Shown here: positions 1 through 9,637 of the stretch, piece by piece
Position numbering within the stretch: the stretch's first letter is position 1
Layout: every line of letters starts with the position of its first letter
Source: Ancylonema sp.
Taxonomy: Eukaryota
Assembly: GCA_050230475.1 (NCBI GenBank)
Contig: JBFLGF010000116.1
Span: 59,620 to 79,619, forward strand
DNA: 20,000 nt
Direction of reading: 5' to 3'
Program-made: the position numbers and the translations under genes
The notes under the pieces: generated by a model
The model's database searches: none
Told to the model about the DNA's origin: nothing
What the model saw: only the letters and a program-made list of their open reading frames with translations

Positions 1-996
1 ATAGAATGGTGAGAAAAACCTAAGCATCGAAGTGACAAACAACGAATGAACCACTGGAAGCATCGCTAGTTGCGTAGCCATTTTATAAGGTAATCCATCG
101 CCATAGTTTCTCTACACACTGGCACCTACTTTCTAATCTCCAACCACAAACGTGGACAAATATATTAATAAGAACATTTTTTCGTCACAACTTGGAGGGG
201 AAAGAAACATGCTTAAGGTAACGGTTGTGCAAGGAAATTGATGGCATTTACAAAATTGTCCAAACAAAACTTATATCGCTTCATCATCATCTCCCGAAAA
301 AGTGATGCGTATTTCATCACTTAGGATCACAAAGTGCCGACAAAAATATTTCCGAAAGCTTTCCTTTCATTCAAGGCGAGGCGCGCTTTGAGATGCCACA
401 TTCACTCTCTCTTCACCAAAAGTGTCAGGTTATAACGTTGTGGTAAGAGGCAGCCTTTTTTTTTTTTTTCTCTCTCTTCCTGGCAGATCGACTTAGGCCC
501 CAAATTGAGGTGGGAAATGCCCCTTTAATTTCCCCGAATTGAAATTTATATTTAGGGGTTTTTAGGGGTGCTTTCTCGTCGCACCCTTATTATGTTTCTG
601 TTATTACGGCCTAAATACCCTTAGACTTGCCTTCCCTGACCAGGACCAAGACCAGGACTACCCAAAAATTTGACGGCCGGAAGTTACCCCCCCAAGGATA
701 CCGGTAAACGCCGCCAAATGTGTCAGCGTGGGGTCTCTCTAATGATGCTCTTCCTTCCATGTACTTCAGGTGTTCAGGCACGTAAAGCATTGCAGCAATG
801 CCCGGTAGTCCAAATATCGTACATCTTTGCAGCGTGCTTTGTATTTTTGGTGCGTCCGGCACGACAATATAGTTACTGCTTTGCATACGCATGGTCATCA
901 ATTTGGGAAGTCCTGGACACCGGTGTCACAAGGTTCTTCTATTTCCCGTGAGTAAGAACGAATCATTGCTATGTTTACATGAGCACGCGCTGAACT

Positions 997-1515
997 ATGA
1001 CGCAATCTGCTCTCCTGGTCCCCTCCATGCTGGAAGGGGTAGCAGCCGCACTTCTGGCCTATGCTTGTTGGAACTATTTGACGGCGGATAAAACATACAG
1101 CTCAGCGAAAAGAAGACCAAAAGCTGGGACGAGGGCTCCTGAAGACGTTTCATCCGCCCTTAACCTGTCCCAAGCATGTTGTGGTGGCATTGGGGACTCG
1201 CGACCTCAGTGTAGTTGTGGACCCTCGTTTCCGGAACCAAATCTAGACAACGAGGATATGCTTGCACGTGGCGTGAACGACCCTGATGTGGCTCTCATGG
1301 CAACATCCAGTGGTTGCGCTGAGGGCTGCGGGGCATGCAGCTCCAGTTCTGCAAAGCACATGAGCAAGAGTGCAGAAATACGGAGTGCCTCACTCGTAGC
1401 CCGCTTATGCGAAGACAGACCTGCTAAAGTTCTGTACTTAACACAAACGGGAATGTCAAGAAGACTGGCGGAGGAGCTTGGGGTGGCCTTGAGGGATGCG
1501 CAGATGCCTGTTCAG
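997..1515 (+). CDS. TYW1: TYW1 exon 1 (membrane anchor, Cys-rich linker, start of flavodoxin domain)
   Basis: ORF 997..1533 up to the donor CAG|GTGGG at 1515/1516; contains KVLYLTQTGMSRRLAEEL. Confidence 0.8.
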
Positions 1516-4500
1516 GTGGGGTGCTCTGGGTAAGATAGGGTCATCTCGAGTTCAATGCGCATGCTGGAGCGAGGGGTGGGGGGGTAGGTTTAGCCCCTTC
1601 CAACTTCTCAGATTTCTCACTGTCTGAACCCCAAAGACAATGGGACGTTAATCGTAGAGAATGGAGAGGATATTTATTACTTTAGAGTGACATAATCAGC
1701 AAACGGAAAGCATGTATACTAGTATTCTTGGTCAGACTTCGTACCTTTACATGTAAATATCGTTGTGTAGATCCGCATTTGTCTACTTTTACTCCGGCTG
1801 GTCACTTTAATTCCGGTTTTCTGATATTTCTAAGCGAAAGTCAGCAAACACCCCGAATCTTGGGTTCAAAATTCAACCCTGATCCAGCCAATCTGGGGTG
1901 AATCAGTCCTACAGCAGTTGCTAAAAAATGCGTTTGAAACTTTACTGTCGTTCAGGATATCTCGATGGTACTGCGGATGACCTGACCCCCCCCCTTCGCA
2001 AACAGACATTCTTCTCAACTTCACAGACGATTTAAAATTACTACAACATATTGTGTATATATACTGCTTCACATCCTGCGATGTAAACATTTGGAAGTGA
2101 TTGGAGCTTCTTTTGAGGCTACTTGGTACACACCTCTCGGAGAAAGAAGAATAAGAAAAAGAAGAAGGCGTCAGTCTCCTGGCTGTACGTCTTCCAGTTT
2201 AGGGTTTCTGTACGGTTCGGTTTGGGTCATTGGGACCGATCCAGATCCGGAATAGTCTCTCTCCATACCCCAGAATTCGGTGTCATTGGCTGCATGTGCT
2301 GAGCTGTCACCTCTTCATTCGTCCAGGTCCTAGATGCTACCACGTACGAACCCGAAGATCTCACCAAGGAAAAACTCGTGGTCTTCATTGCCTCCACGTG
2401 GCAGGACGGCAAGCCGCCACCTGGCACTGAATTTCTGTGCCAGTGGTTAGAAGACAGTGCCTCCGACTTCCGGGTCGGTTCAGGGCTGTTGCAGGGGGTG
2501 AGGTATGCGGTGTTCGGGGTGGGAAGCTCCGCATACGAGGACAACTACTGCGCAGTGTCACGGGGGATTGCGCGTCAGATGGCGGGGTTGGGCGCGTCAG
2601 AAGTTGGGGTGGGGGAGGGGGATGTGGAGGGGGGGGAGGAGGTGAATGACGCGTTTCACGAGTGGGGGGAGAATCTGGTACTCAGTCTCACAGGGGCCGA
2701 CAAACATGCAGGGGCAGGGAGGGACAGCTCAGGAGATAGGAACAATGGCATATCAGGAGAGTACGGCAGAGATCAGGAGGAAGAGCGTGGGAGTGAAGGG
2801 GAGGAGGGGGAGGAAGAGGAGGAGGAGGAGGAACGGAAGGGGGGAGGTGGTCTGCCAGATTTGGAGGACCTGGCAGGAGCAGTAAGGGTCGGGGAGGACT
2901 GGGGGTCCGGTGGGGAGGCACAGGAGGGTGGGGGGGCAGGGGGGGAGGGGAAGGGCGGGGAGGTGAGGGGCCGAATGGGCGTGAAAAAGAAATTTTTCAT
3001 AAGAAAGGGCGGCCCAAAGAGGGAGCGGTCCAACGGGGGCCCGCCAGGTGGCAGTCGAGGGCAATGGCAGACCGGGAAGTTGAGTGGGGCTGAGTACGAG
3101 GCAGGCGCCAAGGAGATGGTGACACCTGTCCTGCGCGCCAACCTTGAGAAGCAGGGGTACAAACTGATCGGCAGCCACAGCGGGGTGAAGCTGTGCAGGT
3201 GGACCAAGTCCCAGCTGCGCGGCTGGGGGGGGTGCTACAAGCACTCCTTCTATGGCATCGCCTCCCACCTCTGCATGGAAACCACCCCCTCCCTGGCCTG
3301 CGCTAACAAGTGCGTGTTCTGCTGGAGGCACCACACCAACCCGGTGGGGAAGAGGTGGAGGTGGGCCATGGACCCCCCAACCGCCATCGTGGAGGGGGCG
3401 CTGGATCTGCACCGTCGGATGATACGGCAGATGAGGGGGGTGCCGGGGGTGAGGGAGGAGAGGCTGGAGGAGGGGATGACGCCACGTCACTGCGCGCTAT
3501 CGCTGGTGGGGGAGCCGATCATGTACCCGGAAATCAACGTGCTGGTGGGGGAGCTGCACCGACGACAGCTGTCCACATTCCTGGTCACAAACGCGCAATT
3601 CCCGGAGAAAATTCGGGCCCTGGACCCAATCACGCAGGTGGGGCCCGCAGGGAGGGAGGGGACCAGGGGGGGGGGGTGCAGGATCAGGATTGACAGCTGG
3701 AGCTGACGTGGGCTGTTCATCTGGACCCCGCAGCTGTACGTGAGCGTGGATGCTGCCACCAAGGACAGCCTGAAGGCCATCGACCGACCGCTGTTTGGAG
3801 ACTTTTGGGAGCGGTTCACGGTGAGTGCCCAGACGCAGGGGGGGGGGGGGGGGGGGGTGGAGTTTGCTGTAGAAGGAGGTTGATACATGGCTGTGGCGGG
3901 GGTGGGGGATTGCTGTGGTTGGGGTTGTGGTTGTGGTTGTGGTTGTGGTTGTGGTTGTGGTTTTCTGGCAGGATTCTCTTCGTTCTCTTCGTGAGAAGCG
4001 TCAGCGTACGGTGTACCGCCTCACGTTGGTGAAGGGGTGGAACATGGCGGAAGTGGACGACTACTGCACGCTGCTTGAGTTGGGGAGACCAGACTTTATC
4101 GAAATCAAAGGGGTCACGTACTGTGGAAGGTGGGGGGGTGGGGGGAGAGTCGCTTGAATAAGTCATAAGTCATCAAGGCAAGAAAAACGGTCCCTATCAA
4201 CAAATGGCATATGAAGGGCTTGCCTTCCCTGACATTTTCCTTCCAGAGGTACACTTGCAAAGTCTTTCTCTCACTGGGTGGTAGGAGCGCGAAGCAAGCG
4301 ATGAAAACTGACACGGGTCCTCTCTCATATTTTGTGGATGGGCCCTTTTCCTTTCCCAGCACCTCCACCTCCTCGCTGACGATGCAGAACGTGCCGTGGC
4401 ATTCTGACGTGCGTGCGTTCGGAGAGGCGATTGTGGCGGCGCGTGGTGGGGAGTACGAGCTGGCCTGCGAGCATGAGCACTCCTGTTGCATTCTCCTGGC

Positions 4501-4883
4501 GCGACCCGACAAGTTCAAGAGGGGCGGGAAGTGGCACACGTGGATCGACTACGACAAGTTCCACGAGTTGGTGAGGGGGGGGGGGGGAGTGGAATCTGCA
4601 TCGTCAAACACCCAAAGAATGGTTGACATCATAGAAGATGTTTGACATTATTGAGGAGCTTTCTATGTCCTACGCTGACATCTGATGTTCATGTGCGTGG
4701 GTGCTTTGGGTGCTTTGAGTGCAGGTGAAGGCAGGCAAACCGTTTTGCAGTGAAGAGTACGTGGCAGAAACGCCCGAATGGGCCGTGTTTGGGGCGAAGG
4801 AGGGGGGGTTCGATCCCAACGAAACCCGAGTAAAGAAGGAAAGGAGGCATGGCAGTGCGGCAGATGCGGGGGGGTGTACGTGA
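997..4883 (+). CDS. TYW1: tRNA wybutosine-synthesizing protein 1 (flavodoxin domain + radical SAM; 4-demethylwyosine synthase), 6 exons, about 814 aa
   Basis: Exons 997-1515, 2327-3637, 3734-3820, 3972-4129, 4360-4570 and 4725-4883 are joined by GT-AG introns with consistent phases (0,0,0,2,0). Motifs: N-terminal hydrophobic anchor (VAAALLAYACWNYL), flavodoxin KVLYLTQTG / YEPEDL / FIASTW / DFRVG / YAVFGVGS, GYKLIGSHSGVKLCRWTK, CYK, radical-SAM CANKCVFC (3299-3322), HCALSLVGEP, LYVSVDA, FIEIKGVTYCG, EHEHSCC, TPEWAVFG..EGGFDP. The start codon is uncertain (possible upstream donor GTGAGT at 948). Confidence 0.95.
2327..3637 (+). CDS. TYW1: TYW1 exon 2 (flavodoxin domain, acidic/Gly linker, N-terminal radical SAM domain)
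   Basis: Acceptor TCCAG|GTC at 2326/2327, in frame with ORF 2378..3706; donor CAG|GTGGG at 3637/3638. Confidence 0.95.
3734..3820 (+). CDS. TYW1: TYW1 exon 3
   Basis: CGCAG|CTG acceptor; encodes LYVSVDAATKDSLKAIDRPLFGDFWERFT; donor ACG|GTGAGT. Confidence 0.93.
3914..3962 (+). repeat. (TGTGGT)n microsatellite in TYW1 intron 3
   Basis: About 8 near-perfect hexamer units ending just before the 3' splice site. Confidence 0.9.
3972..4129 (+). CDS. TYW1: TYW1 exon 4
   Basis: GGCAG|GAT acceptor; encodes DSLRSLREKRQRTVYRLTLVKGWN...FIEIKGVTYCG; phase-2 donor AG|GTGGG. Confidence 0.93.
4360..4570 (+). CDS. TYW1: TYW1 exon 5
   Basis: Pyrimidine tract + CCCAG|C acceptor; encodes TSTSSLTMQNVPWH...WIDYDKFHEL; donor TTG|GTGAGG. 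Confidence 0.93.
4725..4883 (+). CDS. TYW1: TYW1 exon 6 (last coding exon)
   Basis: TGCAG|GTG acceptor; encodes VKAGKPFCSEEYVAETPEWAVFGAKEGGFDPNETRVKKERRHG...; TGA at 4881-4883. Confidence 0.92.
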   Translation: MKAGKPFCSEEYVAETPEWAVFGAKEGGFDPNETRVKKERRHGSAADAGGCT

Positions 4884-5327
4884 AGAGGGGTAGGCGGTGG
4901 GATGAGGGTAGAGGAGTGATGTAGTCTATGCCTAGTTTTACCAGATCTTTGGATACTCAAGGCGTGAATGCCTTTTTTGCGTTGCCAAAATGGGCACTCA
5001 CTTGAAGGCAGGAGGAGAGGAGTTGAGAGGAGAGGAGAGGAGCAATCCAAGATCCCTACGGATGTGGGTATGCTGGAACATGTGCTCAACAGGTAGCAAA
5101 AGCGTTGGACAAGTTTGCAATCACAGTTTTGTGGTGATGTGCTTGTACTGTACAACAACCAATGAGTGCGGAGAATGATGAATTTCTTATGCTTATACTA
5201 ATCCACTCCAGCATTAGACCCAGCCACCCCATAGGCACTCTTTTAATTGCTTTTCAAACGTCAATTGCTTTGTGTAGTAGTCTGTTGCATTCGCATTGTA
5301 GTTGCATTCCGATCGTGGGTTCGACTA

Positions 5328-6388
5328 CAGTATAACCTGTCTAAAGGACTACTGTCGGGGAGGAGAAAAAGTATTCCTTTACAGTAAACCCTTGATATAG
5401 TGTCACTCGATATAGTGACAAATACGATATAGTGACATTTTTTATGCCCTTTTTCTAATCCTATATAAAAACCCACTCGATATAGTGACAATCCCTATAG
5501 TGACACACGTTACAGTGACCAAATTCTCCTAGATTTTACTATTGAGATGTCACTGTAGAGTAAAACATGTCTAAATTAACGTTGTGAAAATTAATAACCT
5601 CCCAAATAATATAGAAAATAAATTAATAATAAATTAATAACCTGTCTGAATTAATATTTATACCTGTCCTGACATTATTACTTCTAAAAGGTTTTTTGAA
5701 GCGAGTGGATATTAGAACAAACGGGTAAAACGCCATATAAATGACCTACCTTCATTCATAAAAAAACTCTGCGCACCTGATTTGGTTGCTCAAAATAACC
5801 TAAATTCCACTTTCCTTCGATATAGTGACATTGGCTCAATGTCGCACTATCAAATGTCACTATATAGTGTATAGTGACACCCCTGGCATTCGATATAGTG
5901 ACATTATTTTCCCCTGTCTATAAAATTGTCACTATATCAAGGGTTTACTGTAGACAGGTTATGCACGTAGACAGTTTTGGTTCTAAATGTAGTGAAACCC
6001 GTTCCCATGTGCCTCCTACGGAAAACAAGCCAATATCTAGCTCAGAATCCGTTCAAACGTGTTTTCCCGGCTCACACGGCCAATATTCTGTCGTTTAGCC
6101 TCCTCTCGAGTAATATTGCCCCGGCCATATTTTGTCCTCTAGCGTATTTCATCGTAACGTCCCACAACCTGGGAGATACGAATCCGGTACGGATGAACAA
6201 AAATCTGTCAGAAAATGTACGGATTCTGTACTTCATTCATTTACACGTATCGAGGTAGAAAAGTATTCCTTTAGAGAGTCATGCAGGTTTTGGAATAATT
6301 ACACTCCCCCTGCGTCGGGGGGGGACATCTACTATTCCTTTAGAGAGGTTATACCTTTAGATAATATTCCTATAGACAGGTTATACTG
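5328..6388. mobile_element. Outer non-autonomous pogo/Tc1-mariner-type MITE
   Basis: TIRs CAGTATAACCTGTCTA (5328-5343) and TAGACAGGTTATACTG (6373-6388), flanked by TA on both sides (5326-5327, 6389-6390). Internal TATTCCTTTAGA repeats. No transposase ORF. Confidence 0.85.
5382..5950. mobile_element. Inner pogo/Tc1-mariner-type MITE nested in the outer MITE
   Basis: Perfect 21-bp TIRs CAGTAAACCCTTGATATAGTG / CACTATATCAAGGGTTTACTG and TA TSD (5380-5381, 5951-5952). About 12 copies of a (C)GATATAGTGACA-like subterminal motif in both orientations. Confidence 0.9.
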
Positions 6389-6906
6389 TATCTATCAATT
6401 CAATACCAATTTTTTTATTTAATTTCTCTAGTTCACCTAGGGTTGTGAAATCACCGTTATTGGGATTGCGTCCCCGTAATCACCGACCAGATTATGTGAT
6501 TACGCGTAAACCGCGTAATTCGTAATTTGGGAAGCGTCACTTTACGCTCGGCCATTTTATACACGAAGCTTCAACGAAATGTCGGTATCAATCCAGGATT
6601 TCCAGTGTCACATGTGTGGAAACCAATCAACACGTACGGACTCGTCCGAATTCTATGATCGCACGAGTTTAATCACAAGTACTACCGTACATTGAAACAA
6701 CAAAATGTACGGAAAAGTACATTTGTCTTCTACCGTACATAAATTTGTACAACATACGCTGCTCGACATACGAAAATTATTGTGTATAATGCGTACGGTT
6801 ATGTACGGTATGTGTACGGTTACACTTACAAATTGTAAGTGTCCCTTCCCCACTTCCACAGGCCACTTAAATTGTTAAGAACATGTCGACTACTTTATGC
6901 TTTATT

Positions 6907-7603
6907 CATAGTTGGTCCTGGAGCCGGCAATTTTGCGATCCGGCTCGGATCTGGCTTGCAATATTGCCGGCTCGGAGCCAGGCTCGCAAAATCCGCGAAC
7001 GGAACGGGACCCAGGGGGGGAGGGGAACAAAAACCTTATGTGTCTAACAATGAGTACATTTCCATGTGTTAGGGCCTTTCGCTTTCCCCTTCCTTTTCCT
7101 TTTGCTATCAGATCGTGGTGACAAATTCAAATACTTCAAATACTTGGCAAACTCGGGGTCCATGATAAAATTGACATTGTTTTGTTGTCTGTCTTGTCCT
7201 GCCGTGCGATGCGGTATCCTGGTTCAGCTTTGACACGTCACACCATTTGGTTGAAGGGAAGGTGTGGAGACTGTGCGCATGTGTTCGTTACCGAGGGTAA
7301 CGAACACATGTGGCATGGCGCTCGAAGTTTGGGGGGGGGGGAACGAATAAATGTTAGATGTCAATGTTTCGTGTAAAATACTGCGGGTAATTAATCCGTA
7401 GTAGCGAATACTCATCGTATGTTCGGGACGTATTGCCCGAAGTAACTACCCGCTTTGCAAGGGAGGATTTGTACATCGTCGCGTTTCGATGTTTAGTTTC
7501 TGTCAGGCGGATCACGGCTCCGAGCAGGCTCGGATCCGGCTCGCGCTCGAGTCGGCTCGGAGCCGGGCTCCCAAAATCCGCGAGCGGAGCAGGACCAACT
7601 ATG
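6907..7603. mobile_element. hAT-like non-autonomous TIR element
   Basis: Perfect 14-bp TIRs CATAGTTGGTCCTG (6907-6920) / CAGGACCAACTATG (7590-7603) with clustered GGCTCG/CGAGCC subterminal motifs. No 8-bp TSD is visible, so the superfamily call is tentative. Confidence 0.6.
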
Positions 7604-9552
7604 GTTACGTAGTCACCGTTTGTAAATCTAGGTTATGTTCTACCAGTGTATACAAGCTGGGATACAGTAGGCAAGCTCCATCATACGAGCCTGAGATTGG
7701 AAAACAAACAGGTATATTCGAAAAAAATTACTAGTGTATCACTTCACACTGAAAGCCTCTCTCCCCATCATCAGTCCGCACTAGGAAGTTGAGACGAGTG
7801 CTAGATTGAGTCTTGTGATTTAAAAAACAACTACATCTGGATGAACGACGTTGTCCCAACGATTGACCAACACTTGGCCAAATGACCGAATTCCCGATGA
7901 CTAACAAATATTTTTTCGATTTGATGGACCAACAAAATGATTTAGAGGATTGTTGCGGATGTACCATTCCCAATCGCGGTCCACCCACATATTAATGGCA
8001 ATTGGGTGGTTTGACAATGGTTGGACCGATTGGATAGCGGTTAGAGAAAAACCGGGAAAAGGGCCAAGAAAATGTGGTCATTCAAAATATGCTAGCTATA
8101 TAATATTAAATCTCAAAACAAATGCGAACGAATGCGTCCACCATTGTTTTTTATTTGTTTCAATTTTTGTTACCCGCACTCCATAATTTGTTACCCGCAT
8201 GCTAAGGCCCAGAAATATTGACCAGTTTCGCCACTCCGGTCTGGATTTTTTTGCCGGTCCGATAAACTGTCGCTGTAACGCGAAACAAAGTCACCTCTTC
8301 CACTCAAGGCCGAAGATCGGTCAGCAATACCCCCCGAGATTCGCTGCCTGGCAACGGTTGCCACGATTTGTGCCCCATCGACAGCCAACATCATTTCAAA
8401 ACATTTGAGGATTTTTCGGTTGTTATGGGATGATTCCGTCTGCTGTCATTTTTATCAAAATTTCGTGTTCTTGAATGATCCTTTCAATATATTAGCACCC
8501 CTTTTTTGGCAGACACACAAATTTGTACAGTATAAATGGAACTCAATAAATATTTGAGGGGCCCCTGGCGGGGGGAGAGGATCAGAACGAGGTTCAGAAT
8601 CTTTGAGTCTTGTTCGCTAGAAGGGGTGGGGAGGAGGTATCCGGTTGGGGGAGAACTGCGACGGATGGTAGTGGGTTGAGGAAGATTGTGTCGTTGGGAG
8701 GGTCCGGAGTTTTGTTCTGAAGCTGTCCAAAACGGGGTCCGCAGATGTAGGGAGTGTCTCCAAGGGAACGGGACCCTCGAAAGAAATGGAAGGTGGCCGA
8801 AAACAAATCATACCCGGTTTCCACCCAGGAGCGCAGTTGCTCTCTCCCTTCCCCACTTCGCAGTCAAACGGGGGGTTAAGGGGTGGGTAGCGGGGGTGGG
8901 GCAGAAGCGGGGGACTGCATGAAGCTGGTCTCCAACTCCCGGCGCAACTCCGAGAGTGGGTATCTGGTGGGGGCGATTGTAGTAGCATCTCCTCACTCCA
9001 AAAATGGTCCATCTCCCGCTCCGCACTCCCGTATGGATTGTGAACACTGAGGAAGTTCATTTGGGACTTTTGGTTCAGCATTCCCAGAGGCCGGGGTGAA
9101 GAATCTCCAGCCGCCTTTGGACTGCTCCTCTGCTTTGAGGGGAGGACAGGTGGCGCCCGTTGACCCTCTGCCCGTGGTTGTCCTGGAGGAGGCCCAGAGG
9201 GTGGCTTCAGAGAGGAGGCAAAAGAAGGCAAAGCGGTGGTGGAGAAGGAGAAGAATTGGGGGGGGAGCAGATTAACTTCCAGGGTCTGCGCTGGACGATT
9301 CTGTTAGGATTCAGGAACATGAACTGCAGTTTTGATTCGAATGGGAAGTCAAAGTGGCGGAGGAGGAAGGGCAGGTGCTGAACTTAACTGCGACATGCAG
9401 GCCATCACGGAGTGGGAGGAGGCGCAGTGCGAGGCCTCTCCAGAGATGGTTGGCTTGTTTTGATTCGTAATGCGACTCGCGGTTGGAGCAGGTGCGAGAA
9501 GAGAGGGAGGGGATCGTGTGGCGGGAGGAGGCAGATATTGTCAGACTCGCAC

Positions 9553-9637
9553 AGAGGAGGAAACAGGTGGATCAAAGGGACATCAAGAGGAGGAAACAGG
9601 TGGATTGATGGCAAAATCGAAATCGAAATCGAAATCT
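9553..9637 (+). repeat. 33-bp-period direct repeat (AGAGGAGGAAACAGGTGGAT x2) followed by (AAATCG)n
   Basis: Read directly from the sequence. Confidence 0.8.

Noticed and set aside
551..568. TTTAGGGG-TTTTTAGGGG telomere-like pair
   Set aside because: Only two imperfect units, not enough to call an interstitial telomere.
443..1046. Possible extra upstream TYW1 exons (acceptor-like sites at 486, 769, 832; donor at 948)
   Set aside because: I could not assemble a phase-consistent coding extension with its own ATG. These may be UTR introns and need cDNA evidence.
2227..3888. Long minus-strand and alternate-frame ORFs over TYW1 exon 2 (e.g. 2753..3490, 245 aa)
   Set aside because: Pro-rich shadows of G-rich coding sequence with no recognisable domain.
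5175..5290. ATGATGA box-C-like motif downstream of TYW1
   Set aside because: No CTGA box D or terminal stem at a suitable distance, so not a snoRNA.
5394..5520. Spaced GATATAGTGACA repeats resembling a CRISPR array
   Set aside because: Short, irregularly spaced, present in both orientations and inside MITE TIRs in a eukaryotic locus; these are subterminal repeats.
7760..7885. Possible hAT transposase C-terminal relic (IISPH...LKNNYIW)
   Set aside because: Needs several frameshifts and stops to assemble; too weak without a homology search.
8655..8720. ATDGSGLRKIVSLGGSGVLF, resembling an RNase H N-terminal motif
   Set aside because: Followed immediately by stops, and no downstream catalytic Glu/Asp motifs were found.
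8617..9231. 204-aa minus-strand ORF
   Set aside because: Low-complexity Pro/Ser translation expected from the antisense of G-rich DNA. No motif or clear splice structure.
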